Below are positions 9,408 through 17,790 of a DNA stretch of 47,234 nucleotides, piece by piece. The translations under genes were made by a program, and so were the position numbers. Source of the DNA: a virus. Positions within the stretch are counted from its first letter, which is position 1; every line of letters starts with the position of its first letter. The DNA lies in the IMG/VR virus record IMGVR_UViG_3300028795_000002, one strand, 5' to 3'. The notes beneath the pieces are model-generated. The model worked only from the letters and a program-made list of their open reading frames with translations. It was not told the DNA's origin and searched no databases.

Positions 9408-9707
9408 ACAACTTATATTGCTGGTGGAGTATTCGCCAAAGAGTGGGTGGCAGGGAGAGTCGGTGCGTATATTGAACAGCACCAGCACTCCTTTGACCAT
9501 CTGAGCTACCTAGCCTCCGGGATGGTGGAAGTGGAAGTTGAAGGGGAAAAGACAACCTACACTGGCCCGACTGGTATCCGTATCGCCGCCAGGAAAAACC
9601 ACAAAGTCACCGCACTCACGCCCGATGTGCTTTGGCTCTGCATCCACGCAATCCCGGATGAAATGCGAGATGTCCACTTGATTGAAAAGGCTCTGGTCTC
9701 CGAATGA
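9399..9707 (+). CDS. Cupin-fold protein (the track's TTG start at 9387 lies inside palindromic element copy 3; GTG 9399 is an alternative)
   Basis: His-rich cupin-like motif EQHQHSFDH...G.V.V.V.GE, then ...NHKV. Small beta-barrel size. Confidence 0.5.
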   Translation: MKNTTYIAGGVFAKEWVAGRVGAYIEQHQHSFDHLSYLASGMVEVEVEGEKTTYTGPTGIRIAARKNHKVTALTPDVLWLCIHAIPDEMRDVHLIEKALVSE

Positions 9708-10258
9708 AAAATATCCTAACCATCGCCCGTGGGTTGAATGTGATTCCTTTGCTGCTGGAACTCCAGCGGCAGCCTCAACTGTGGAATCAGAATCGAGCGC
9801 GCACGGAAGACCCTTCCAGTCCCCACCATGAAGCTGACGATATCTGGGTCCGCTACGGGGCGGGAGAATCTGGCTACGGCGGACAACCCCACACCAGCGT
9901 ATGGCTAGAAGCTGCTGACCTTCTCCCACAAGCCAAGGCCGACGCTCGTGCTATCCTCAACCTCGTTCGGGGGGACGCTCTCGGCGGCATTCTCATCACG
10001 CGAATCCCTCCGGGGCGTAGCGTGAAGCCTCATGTAGATCGTGGCTGGCATGCTCTCGAATATGACAAATTCGCTCTGCAAGTCGCTGCACACCCCCAAC
10101 AAGCCTTTTGCTATGAAGAAGGGCAACACATCACAGCTCCTGGGGATCTTTACTGGTTCCATAACCAGGAGCAGCATTGGGTAATTAATGAATCTCCAGT
10201 CGAACGCATTACAATGATTGTCTGCGTGAAACTGGATAAACCATTTGGAGGTGCATAG
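9704..10258 (+). CDS. Asp/Asn beta-hydroxylase-like 2OG-Fe(II) oxygenase (184 aa)
   Basis: RIPPGRSVKPHVDRGWH...F.LQV...GDLYWFHNQEQHWVINESPVERITMIVCV matches the remembered H-x-D...H pattern and the trailing N.S...R..LI motif of the Asp/Arg hydroxylase family. Confidence 0.6.
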   Translation: MKNILTIARGLNVIPLLLELQRQPQLWNQNRARTEDPSSPHHEADDIWVRYGAGESGYGGQPHTSVWLEAADLLPQAKADARAILNLVRGDALGGILITRIPPGRSVKPHVDRGWHALEYDKFALQVAAHPQQAFCYEEGQHITAPGDLYWFHNQEQHWVINESPVERITMIVCVKLDKPFGGA

Positions 10259-10878
10259 TGCCTTGGGGAATTGCAGCAGCAGCTGTCGGGTCTGTCGCTG
10301 GTGCGGCAGCTACTTCAGCCTTTAGTGGTGGCAGCTCCGGAGCTTCTAGTGCTGCCAATGCGGCAGATCCTTTTGCCTCCCAACGGGGCCAGTATCAAGG
10401 AATGCTGTCGAATTTGATTAACAACCCCTCTTCGATTACCAGCCAACCTGGCTATCAATTTGGCCTAGATCAAAGCAACAAAGCGGTTGAGGGCAGCGCG
10501 GCTGCAAACGGTATGGTAAATAGCGGGAATGTACTGCAGGCTCTAAGTACCAACTCCCAGAACTACGCTGCCACTCAGCTAAATAACCAGGAATTGCTCC
10601 TTGCACAGCTTTCTGGTGCTAACGTAGGTTCTCCTGGAACTGCTGGTCAGATCCTTCAGGGGCAAAATACCTTGAATCAGCAAGCTGCCGGGACTGTTGG
10701 TAATGCTGTGGGGAGTGCGGTCACTTCTGGTATCAACGGTTTTAACTCTGGCAGTTATTCCGGGGGCAATCCATTCGCCTCTGACACTTCCGGTTTCGGT
10801 GCGGGTTCCAACTCCTACGGATTTTCTAGTGGAGTTACCGACCCTTCAGCTGGCGTCAGCTACGGCTTCGGCGTCTAA
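10258..10878 (+). CDS. Gly/Ser/Ala/Asn-rich protein, putative internal/ejection protein (206 aa, GTG start)
   Basis: GGAGG 6 nt upstream of the GTG. Low-complexity protein directly upstream of two large coiled-coil proteins. Confidence 0.45.
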   Translation: MPWGIAAAAVGSVAGAAATSAFSGGSSGASSAANAADPFASQRGQYQGMLSNLINNPSSITSQPGYQFGLDQSNKAVEGSAAANGMVNSGNVLQALSTNSQNYAATQLNNQELLLAQLSGANVGSPGTAGQILQGQNTLNQQAAGTVGNAVGSAVTSGINGFNSGSYSGGNPFASDTSGFGAGSNSYGFSSGVTDPSAGVSYGFGV

Positions 10879-10893
10879 CCAAGGGGAACTACT

Positions 10894-12402
10894 ATGGCAA
10901 TCGGCGGTTTCCTCCAGGGTCTTGGATTGGCTTACGGTCGTGATCTTATCTACGGCCAGCAATTCGAGCAAAAACAAGCCCAAACAGATCTGTTGAAAAC
11001 TGAGGCTCAGCAAGCTCAGATGCAAACGCAGCAGATGCAGCAGCAGATGAAGACTAAGCAAGACATCGGAGCTTTTCTGAAGTCGCAAACTGACTTGGAA
11101 GGGGCGGACGCTGCTCTGCCATTGAATCAGGCAAAGATGTATAGTAAGGCTGCGGGTTTGGCGGCTTCCCAGGGGGATCTGGCCTCTGCAAAAGAAATGA
11201 CCGACTTGTCGAAAGAAGCCGGTCAGGAAGCCATGCAGCAAGCGAAAGACCTCGCAGCACAGCAATCTTTAAAGAAGGAAGACCTGGCAAATACTGCTGA
11301 CTCTTTCCTCAATAACCCAACTCGGGAAGGTGGGAATGACCTCGTCCGCAAGGCTGTTGCAGCTGGAGTTGATCCGACAACAATCCCACTCCCGAATTCT
11401 CCTGCCTTTGGGGCATGGGTAAACCAGCAAAAACTCGCTGGTATGGACAGCAAATCCCGTGCAGAGTTCCTGCAGAAAGCTGCCGATACGAAAGCTCGCC
11501 GGGAAGAGCAATGGCAAATCCACGCGGATAATGTCGATTTAAAACGGGCACAGATGCAGCAAACCGCACAATTCCGTGAGATGGAGATTGGGTTGCGGAG
11601 GGATTCTATTGAGGCTAGAAGAGACAGCGGTCCTGATCATTTAGACATTGGCGGCGCTATCTATGAAAAGGATAAAACGGGGGAACTCAAAGGAGAACGC
11701 CTTGCCACCGATCCACGCTACGTCAAACTTGGAAATAAGATTTCGGCTACGCAAGAAAACAACACAGTAGCCACAGGCAAAGCTGCAGCTAACGTGGCGC
11801 GTGACCTGAACCAAATGGCACGGTTCCCGACAGGCACTGCCAGCAGCCCGTTCTCCCACATCACGGACCATGATTTCTTGTCCTCGATCGAAAAGACCGG
11901 TAGCAATGCGCTGACTCCCGAGCAAGTTCAAATGTTCGGCACGTCGGCTGCAGGCCTCTCTACTGAACTCGCCCGAGTCCTAACCCTCGGCGGTGGGCGT
12001 GGGGCCAATCAGTCGGTCATCAACGAAATCAAGACCTTCACAACTCCGACTGCGGGGGACACCAATCTGGAAGCAGCCTACAAGATGTCCACAGCTGCCC
12101 AGATGGTGAAAACCACAATGGATAACACTCCCCCGCCCTCAGATCAGAGTGTTCGGAAGGGTTGGGATGCAACGAAGGCTTCCGTCGATTCTTTTCCGAC
12201 CCCGGAGCAGATCCTGGCAGCAGCCTCTGGGAAAGAGAAGAAGAAGCTGGCTGCTATGACCGGGACTTACTCGGATCTGCTGAATAAGGTGCAAGATGCT
12301 GCAGCTTCTAACAATGCGGAGGCATTGCCAGGTGGTAAAGATGCCGGTGCCGGAACTTCAGCCCCCCCGATTCCGGCCGGTTGGTCAGTTAAGGAGCATT
12401 GA
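10894..12402 (+). CDS. Putative internal virion (ejection) protein, Gln/Ala-rich coiled-coil, 502 aa
   Basis: Position and composition only. RBS AGGGGA. Confidence 0.45.
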   Translation: MAIGGFLQGLGLAYGRDLIYGQQFEQKQAQTDLLKTEAQQAQMQTQQMQQQMKTKQDIGAFLKSQTDLEGADAALPLNQAKMYSKAAGLAASQGDLASAKEMTDLSKEAGQEAMQQAKDLAAQQSLKKEDLANTADSFLNNPTREGGNDLVRKAVAAGVDPTTIPLPNSPAFGAWVNQQKLAGMDSKSRAEFLQKAADTKARREEQWQIHADNVDLKRAQMQQTAQFREMEIGLRRDSIEARRDSGPDHLDIGGAIYEKDKTGELKGERLATDPRYVKLGNKISATQENNTVATGKAAANVARDLNQMARFPTGTASSPFSHITDHDFLSSIEKTGSNALTPEQVQMFGTSAAGLSTELARVLTLGGGRGANQSVINEIKTFTTPTAGDTNLEAAYKMSTAAQMVKTTMDNTPPPSDQSVRKGWDATKASVDSFPTPEQILAAASGKEKKKLAAMTGTYSDLLNKVQDAAASNNAEALPGGKDAGAGTSAPPIPAGWSVKEH

Positions 12403-14781
12403 ATGCCAGATTTCACTTTTAATTCTCCTGAGGGAAAGTCGTATACCGTCTCCGGCCCCGAAGGTTCTACCAAGGAGCAGGCCTTCCAGATCCTTCAACA
12501 GCAGATTTCTTCGGGCACAGCTAAAGAAGAAAAACCCGCAACCACGGCTAAAGAACGCGTGCAGCAGGGTCTCGCCAATCTTAAGCCAAATTTACCTACT
12601 ACTGAAGATGGAAAGCCGGTTCCTTCCCCTACTTTTAAGTCTGCTTTAGAGGCTATCGGAACTAGCACAGCTCTGGGAGGGGCCCTTGGAGCAGTAAGCC
12701 CTGAATTGCTAACTGCCGCGGGCTATGCAGCCAACTTCATCCCAGACGTAGGCCCGGAAATTGGGACAGCTCTGATGGAAGCAGGAGCTGCAGCGCGCTC
12801 TGCCCGATTGGCAACAGCGGCTGAGGGTGCTCTTTCGGGAGGGGTCTCCGAAACCGCAGGGCAAACAGCTGAAGCAAAGGGTGCTAATAAACCAGTTGCT
12901 GATGCGGCCCGCTTGGCTGGTGGGATGGTTACTCCAGGAGTGGGGGCTCTCGCCAGCAAAGCCGAAGGCCTCTTCGGAGCCGTGGCGAAAACCCTCGGAG
13001 TGGCGAATACCCCCGCTAACGTGGCAAAGGCGGCGGCTACTTTGCGTGGTATCGAGGATGCGGGGGCACCGGCTAACGCCCTTCATCAGATGCTCCAGCA
13101 TGGGGCGGATGCTAACATCCAAGCAGCACAATCCGCAGGCGACAAAGTAATGGCTGACGCCCGACAACGTGCAACCGATGTAGGAGCCCAAGATGCTAAA
13201 GCTGCTCAGAAGGTTCTGGACGATGGTAAAAAACGTGCCGATCAGATTGTTGCTGAAGCTCGTCAGCGCGCTGCTGAATTGAATAAAGCCTCGGGAAATC
13301 GGATGGCTACGGCCGGGAAGGTGCTGGCGCAGGCAGAGCCCGCGTTGCGGGTGGTTGGGCAGCCGAGAGAGCTATCTGACATCGGCTCCGAACTGCAAAC
13401 TGCGGTGAAATCCCAGCATCAAGCAGGTCTCGACGCGCGACAAGCTGACTACAATGCGCTGAAAACCCAACGAGATGAGATAGTAAAGAGCAAGGAACAA
13501 GCTGGGGAAACCGTCGATCAAATCCCTGCAATGAGGGGCTTGAAAGACTACATCAAGACCAAGACCGATGCGAAGATCTCCCCCCGACCGACTACGGATC
13601 AGGGGATCTTGCGAGTGTATGGACAGGTGAATGAGGCGATTCAGAATCCCTCGTTTAAGGCTCTTGACCAAGTCCGCCGTAAACTAGGCGATGTGATTGG
13701 TGGGAAAGATGTGGAAGGCTACTCGGCCATTTCGAAAGACGTAGCTGGCAAGCTCTACTCCAAAATCTCCGACGTGCAGAAGGAATTCGCCGGGGAAGAC
13801 CAAACTGGAAAGAACCTTCAACAAATGATGCAGGAGCAATATCATGATGCCTCTTTGGGTCTTAGGAAGTTTGGAACAGGAGCCGGAGGGAAAGCAACTG
13901 CTCTTGATCGGGTCGATCCGGAGAGATTTGCGGCAGATCCGCAAGGAGTACCTAAGCAGTTCTTCTCTTCTCAACAGTCGGTTAGGGACCTCAAAGAACT
14001 TACAGGAGATTCTGGACTTGTGCAAAGGGCTGGAAGCTCCTACGTTAGTTCCCAACTCCGAGGAATGTCCGCCAAACAGGTAGAACAGTATGCTCAAAAG
14101 AATTCTGACTGGCTGCGGGAAGTACCTGGCCTCCAAAAAAGCATCAATGACTACGCGACGCGACTCAGCAAAATTGAAAAAACGGCGCAACGAGCTGAAC
14201 AGAGCAGTGAGCAACTATCAAAAAGAGCTGGAAAAGTGGTCCCGGCAGCTGAGGAAGTAGCAGCAAAGGAAAGGGCAGGAGTGGTTGGTCGTGTTGCGGA
14301 TATGTCGGAGCAATCGGTTAAGAACCAGCAACGAATACTGGATGAAGGGGGGAAAGCTGCAACGGAGGCTACGAAAGCTGCGGCAGCTCCGGCAGCTGGG
14401 CTTAAGGCGATTCTCACTGGCGGGGAGCGGCCAGAGGCGGTTCGTGAGCTTCTTTTAAATGGGAAGCCGGAGCAGACCCGGCTGGCTGCGAGGATTGCCA
14501 GTCAAACCCCCCAAGGGAAGCAGCAACTGGAAGGGAGTGTGAGGCAGATTACAGCGGAGATGACTCCAGCGACTCTGCAAAAGCAATGGAATGAAAGGCT
14601 GAAACCGATGCTGCAGGATGGGAAGATGATCAGCCCGGAGCGGCTGAAGGCTCTAGATAGTGATGTAAAGTCACTTATGAAAGCCTACGCAGGGAAACCT
14701 CCGGTCACGCTAGTGCAGCGTCACATTTACGCGGCGATTGGGTCGTCTGGCAGCAACTATATCGGGGGTGAAAGGGAATGA
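12403..14781 (+). CDS. Putative large internal virion (ejection) protein, Ala-rich, 792 aa
   Basis: RBS AAGGAG. It is the largest gene in the window. No tail tube, sheath or chaperone genes are present, which argues for a podovirus core protein rather than a tape measure. Confidence 0.45.
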   Translation: MPDFTFNSPEGKSYTVSGPEGSTKEQAFQILQQQISSGTAKEEKPATTAKERVQQGLANLKPNLPTTEDGKPVPSPTFKSALEAIGTSTALGGALGAVSPELLTAAGYAANFIPDVGPEIGTALMEAGAAARSARLATAAEGALSGGVSETAGQTAEAKGANKPVADAARLAGGMVTPGVGALASKAEGLFGAVAKTLGVANTPANVAKAAATLRGIEDAGAPANALHQMLQHGADANIQAAQSAGDKVMADARQRATDVGAQDAKAAQKVLDDGKKRADQIVAEARQRAAELNKASGNRMATAGKVLAQAEPALRVVGQPRELSDIGSELQTAVKSQHQAGLDARQADYNALKTQRDEIVKSKEQAGETVDQIPAMRGLKDYIKTKTDAKISPRPTTDQGILRVYGQVNEAIQNPSFKALDQVRRKLGDVIGGKDVEGYSAISKDVAGKLYSKISDVQKEFAGEDQTGKNLQQMMQEQYHDASLGLRKFGTGAGGKATALDRVDPERFAADPQGVPKQFFSSQQSVRDLKELTGDSGLVQRAGSSYVSSQLRGMSAKQVEQYAQKNSDWLREVPGLQKSINDYATRLSKIEKTAQRAEQSSEQLSKRAGKVVPAAEEVAAKERAGVVGRVADMSEQSVKNQQRILDEGGKAATEATKAAAAPAAGLKAILTGGERPEAVRELLLNGKPEQTRLAARIASQTPQGKQQLEGSVRQITAEMTPATLQKQWNERLKPMLQDGKMISPERLKALDSDVKSLMKAYAGKPPVTLVQRHIYAAIGSSGSNYIGGERE

Positions 14782-14963
14782 TTAAGAAATATTGCGTTGC
14801 TAGAATTCAGTATAAACAAGACATCGACACCGAAATTTGGGAAACTCGATTTGAATCAGAAGCTGATGCTGTTGACTGGCTTGCTAGATATTCGCACGAT
14901 GGGAGTTTTCGAGAATTTATAATTCTGCCCGTTTATATTTTTAATGAAAACTCTGGTGGTTAG
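14778..14963 (+). CDS. Hypothetical protein (61 aa), low GC
   Basis: ATGA overlap with the upstream gene. Palindromic element copy 4 begins 3 nt after its stop. Confidence 0.45.
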   Translation: MIKKYCVARIQYKQDIDTEIWETRFESEADAVDWLARYSHDGSFREFIILPVYIFNENSGG

Positions 14964-14965
14964 TC

Positions 14966-15007
14966 GTTTCCCTCCGGGATTAATAAATAGTAATTTCAGA
15001 GGGAAAT
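14966..15007. repeat. Palindromic intergenic element, copy 4
   Basis: GTTTCCCTCCGGGATTAATAAATAGTAATTTCAGAGGGAAAT. Confidence 0.85.
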
Positions 15008-15252
15008 TCGCTGGCGGCATAATTAGTGATTTGTGGGGAAGTGTTCTACCCTCGCCTACGGCTCGTGGGATTTGCGGACACGCCATAGCATCAACCGGGG
15101 GTTGAAAACCGCATGGCGGGGGCGGGATTTCGAGATTTTCGGCATTCCCATAAACAAAACCCCGCCGATACTCCATCACAGCTCCCCCTTTACTTCAGTA
15201 ACTATTAAGTCTAGTATTCTCATCAACATAGGCAACTTTGGTGAGAGCTTCC

Positions 15253-15666
15253 ATGCCCCGCATTATCCACAAACGTCATCTGATTCGTATACCAGTTCCG
15301 GCGGATATTGCTTATGATGTCACCTATTACTACAACCCAGAAGGGGACAGGGAGATAAGTCTCAAGCATGTGGAAAGGCTGCTGGTGGGAACCGAAAACC
15401 AGAAAGGATTAGCGAAGCATTTTCTGTCTTCCATTCAAGGGAAATATGAACTTACCATTAAACAGAGGCTTTGCTTGCTGCAAATGGAATTTCCGAGAGA
15501 CCTGCGTTTAAAAGCGATTCGGGCCTGTATTGAAAAAGCCAATAAGAAATTTGAAGCCAGGTTTCGCGCCGATCCCCACGCTGTTTATTTGGAGGAGGGA
15601 ACGGCAATCTCTAGAGCGCTGCGGGATTTGGAATGTGAGAGGAAGATTCTGGCGACTGTGGGGTAG
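15253..15666 (+). CDS. Hypothetical protein (137 aa from ATG 15253; the track's TTG is at 15238)
   Basis: ORF flanked by palindromic element copies 4 and 5. No motif recognised. Confidence 0.5.
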   Translation: MPRIIHKRHLIRIPVPADIAYDVTYYYNPEGDREISLKHVERLLVGTENQKGLAKHFLSSIQGKYELTIKQRLCLLQMEFPRDLRLKAIRACIEKANKKFEARFRADPHAVYLEEGTAISRALRDLECERKILATVG

Positions 15667-15707
15667 TTTTCCTCCGCGATTAATAAAAAGTAAAGTACGG
15701 GGGAAAC
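15666..15707. repeat. Palindromic intergenic element, copy 5
   Basis: GTTTTCCTCCGCGATTAATAAAAAGTAAAGTACGGGGGAAAC. It overlaps the TAG stop of 15253..15666. Confidence 0.8.
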
Positions 15708-15728
15708 TAAAACCTAGGGGAAAACCCT

Positions 15729-15757
15729 ATTGACAGGTTGTATTGACGACGTCATAA
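15729..15757 (+). promoter_or_regulatory. Near-consensus sigma70 promoter inside the late arm
   Basis: TTGACA - 17 nt - CATAAT. It lies 21 nt downstream of palindromic element copy 5 and about 410 nt upstream of the PurD-like gene. Confidence 0.6.
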
Positions 15758-15879
15758 TAAGAGCGCCCCCCGGGCGGTCGTTCTGTAGCTAGGGTCGGTT
15801 CTCCGGTTTTGCGCTCCAGCCAAACGGAGGTCAATTTTCTAGTAGTCGATTGCTCTCTCAATTCAGTCTAGTTTTTCGG

Positions 15880-15920
15880 TTTTCGGCGGGAATTACTAAT
15901 TAGTAATCCCGGTACGAAAT
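15880..15920. repeat. Palindromic intergenic element, copy 6 (perfect 16-bp centre)
   Basis: TTTTCGGCGGGAATTACTAATTAGTAATCCCGGTACGAAAT. The centre ATTACTAATTAGTAAT is a perfect palindrome. Confidence 0.9.
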
Positions 15921-16170
15921 CCCGGCGGTACGCCGTGCCCCTCACGTCGCTACTCCATTCCCCCTCAGCCCTTCCCTTCAGTAGCTCCTCCCTTTATAGT
16001 AGTTGCTACTTCGCGCGCGCACGTACTTACTACTGAAGTAAGCAGTGCTCAGCCCACACATTGTAGGGACTCTCGCTCCGCTCGGGATGCTGTAATAGGA
16101 AGTGGTCAATTGAATTTCCGACAGGTTGTCCCCGCGTACCGCGGCGCTTACTTATAATAGGAACTAGGTA

Positions 16171-17490
16171 GTGAAACTCTTCCTCATCGATCCCTACGGC
16201 CACTATGTGGATTTTGCACTTCGCTGCCTGGCGCAGGGGCATGACGTTCGCTATTTCCTAGGCCCTCAGGACAATAATGAGCGTGATCCTCTAGGGGATG
16301 GGCTATTTAATAAAGTCCCGACAATCTCCGGCTCTATGAATTGGGCGGATTTGATTCTAGTTTCCGACTGCAGTAAGTATATGAAGGAACTCGAAGGGTG
16401 GCGCAATCGGGGATTTCCCATTTTTGGGGCGAATCTTGAAGGAGCCTCTTGGGAATTGGACAGAACAAAAGGGGTGGAGATTCTTACTAAATGTGGAATT
16501 GAATGCCTCCCGGACGTGAAATTCACCAATTTTGATCAGGCTATTGCATATCAAAAAGAGCATTGGGATGAGCGGTTTGTGTGCAAACCCTGTGCTGACG
16601 TGGGGAAAGAGCTTTCCTATGTGTCGAAATCAGCAAAAGATATGATTTTCATGCTGGAATACTGGAAGAGGACAATCAAAAAGAAATGCTCTTTCATTTT
16701 TCAGGAATTCTGTCCGGGAATTGAGGTAGCTGTAGGTGGTTGGGTAGGTCGAAATGGGTTTGCCTCCTACTTCCTAGAGAACTTCGAGCACAAAAAACTA
16801 ATGAATGGAGAGAAAGGTCCCAATACTGGTGAAATGGGCACGGTAATGAAGTACGTGCGGGCGGAAGAATCTAAACTCGCTAGGGAATTGCTCTTACCTG
16901 TAGAAGCCGAATTGATTCGATGCGGGTATACCGGTTATATTGATGTGGCTGTAATGGTTGGAACAGAAGGTTCTAGGAAGGGAAAACTCAATCCCCTGGA
17001 ATTTACTTGCAGAAAAGGATGGCCGATTTTCAATATCCAACAAATTCTCTATTCGGATGTGGTCGGGTGGATGAAAGATCTTGTTGAGGGGCGTGACACA
17101 TTCCAACCAGATCCAGATATTGCTGCAGGAATACTCGTCGCAATGCCGGATTTTCCCTATATGAAAGCCAGCCTCGACAAGCTACAGGGATTTCCTGTTT
17201 GGGGTGTTGATAAGATTCGCTATAACTTCCACCCTGTGCATATGAAATTGGGGGAGGGATTCGATGAGAAGGGGAAAAAAATCCCCATGCTGGTAACAGC
17301 TGGAACGGAAGTGTGCGTTGTCACGGGTTGTGGGAAATCGGTAAAACAGGCAACGGAAAAGGCTTACAAGAATTTGGAGTCTATTGAGATGCCGAATTCT
17401 CCCATGTATCGAACCGACATTGGGGACCGCCTCGAAGCGCAACTCCCCGTTCTGCAGAAGTATGGCTACTGCACTAGCTGGATCTACTAG
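16171..17490 (+). CDS. PurD-like ATP-grasp enzyme (phosphoribosylamine-glycine ligase family), 439 aa, GTG start
   Basis: EHKKLMNGEKGPNTGEMGT matches the PurD motif DHKR..GD.GPNTGGMG. GYTGYIDVAVMV...LEFTCRKGWP matches YTGFLYAGLM...IEFNCRFGDPE. The overall length equals that of PurD. Confidence 0.7.
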   Translation: MKLFLIDPYGHYVDFALRCLAQGHDVRYFLGPQDNNERDPLGDGLFNKVPTISGSMNWADLILVSDCSKYMKELEGWRNRGFPIFGANLEGASWELDRTKGVEILTKCGIECLPDVKFTNFDQAIAYQKEHWDERFVCKPCADVGKELSYVSKSAKDMIFMLEYWKRTIKKKCSFIFQEFCPGIEVAVGGWVGRNGFASYFLENFEHKKLMNGEKGPNTGEMGTVMKYVRAEESKLARELLLPVEAELIRCGYTGYIDVAVMVGTEGSRKGKLNPLEFTCRKGWPIFNIQQILYSDVVGWMKDLVEGRDTFQPDPDIAAGILVAMPDFPYMKASLDKLQGFPVWGVDKIRYNFHPVHMKLGEGFDEKGKKIPMLVTAGTEVCVVTGCGKSVKQATEKAYKNLESIEMPNSPMYRTDIGDRLEAQLPVLQKYGYCTSWIY

Positions 17491-17499
17491 GAGCTTGCC

Positions 17500-17739
17500 A
17501 TGGCCGGAACTAACGCATACGTGTTGCCACCGGTTCCTCCTGCAGGGACTGATGCGAAATGGCTGCAGCAGCTGCAGGCTACTGTAATGTGGAATTTCAA
17601 TGCCACGGCAACGACAGCGAAAAGGCCGGTGAATCCTCTGATCGGGCAGCATCTCTTCGATACGACTATCGGAGCGCCGATCTGGTGTAAGTCATTAAAT
17701 CCGGTAGTTTGGGTGAATGGGGCAGGAACCGTGGTCTAG
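17500..17739 (+). CDS. Small fibre-associated protein (79 aa), paralog of 20631..20903
   Basis: C-terminus RPVNPLIGQHLFDTTIGAPIWCKSLNPVVWVNGAGTVV parallels RPTPTFVGQPYFDTTLGFMVWASQLSPSVWVDAAGVSV. Confidence 0.55.
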   Translation: MAGTNAYVLPPVPPAGTDAKWLQQLQATVMWNFNATATTAKRPVNPLIGQHLFDTTIGAPIWCKSLNPVVWVNGAGTVV

Positions 17740-17780
17740 TTTTCCCCCGGTTTTACTAATTGTTAATCACGGTAGGAAAC
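17739..17780. repeat. Palindromic intergenic element, copy 7
   Basis: GTTTTCCCCCGGTTTTACTAATTGTTAATCACGGTAGGAAAC. It overlaps the TAG stop of 17500..17739, and the next gene's RBS follows directly. Confidence 0.85.
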
Positions 17781-17790
17781 GGAGTTCAAA

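Noticed and set aside
10258-10878. Low-complexity Gly/Ser region as a non-coding repeat
   Set aside because: It has a continuous ORF with a GGAGG RBS, is translationally coupled to the upstream gene, and has no nucleotide-level tandem periodicity.
15033-15317. 94-aa plus-strand ORF, and the 107-aa minus-strand ORF 14856..15179, in the gap after element copy 4
   Set aside because: Neither has an RBS, and both have odd composition. They overlap a palindromic element and the better-supported 15253..15666 ORF. The region 15008-15252 is left as non-coding.
15758-16170. Riboswitch (purine, ZTP or glycine) or tRNA in the long leader; tRNAs in the other long gaps (38131-38320, 43000-43733)
   Set aside because: I could not find the conserved cores I remember: no GTTCGAATC-type T-loops, no CCGCCTGGGC for ZTP, and no ACCGAAGGGGCAA for glycine. 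This is a by-eye negative only; tRNAscan-SE and Rfam should be run.
16030-16242. 70-aa minus-strand ORF across the start of the PurD-like gene
   Set aside because: It overlaps the promoter/leader and the 5' end of a well-supported plus-strand gene, and it would be a lone antisense gene in the late arm.
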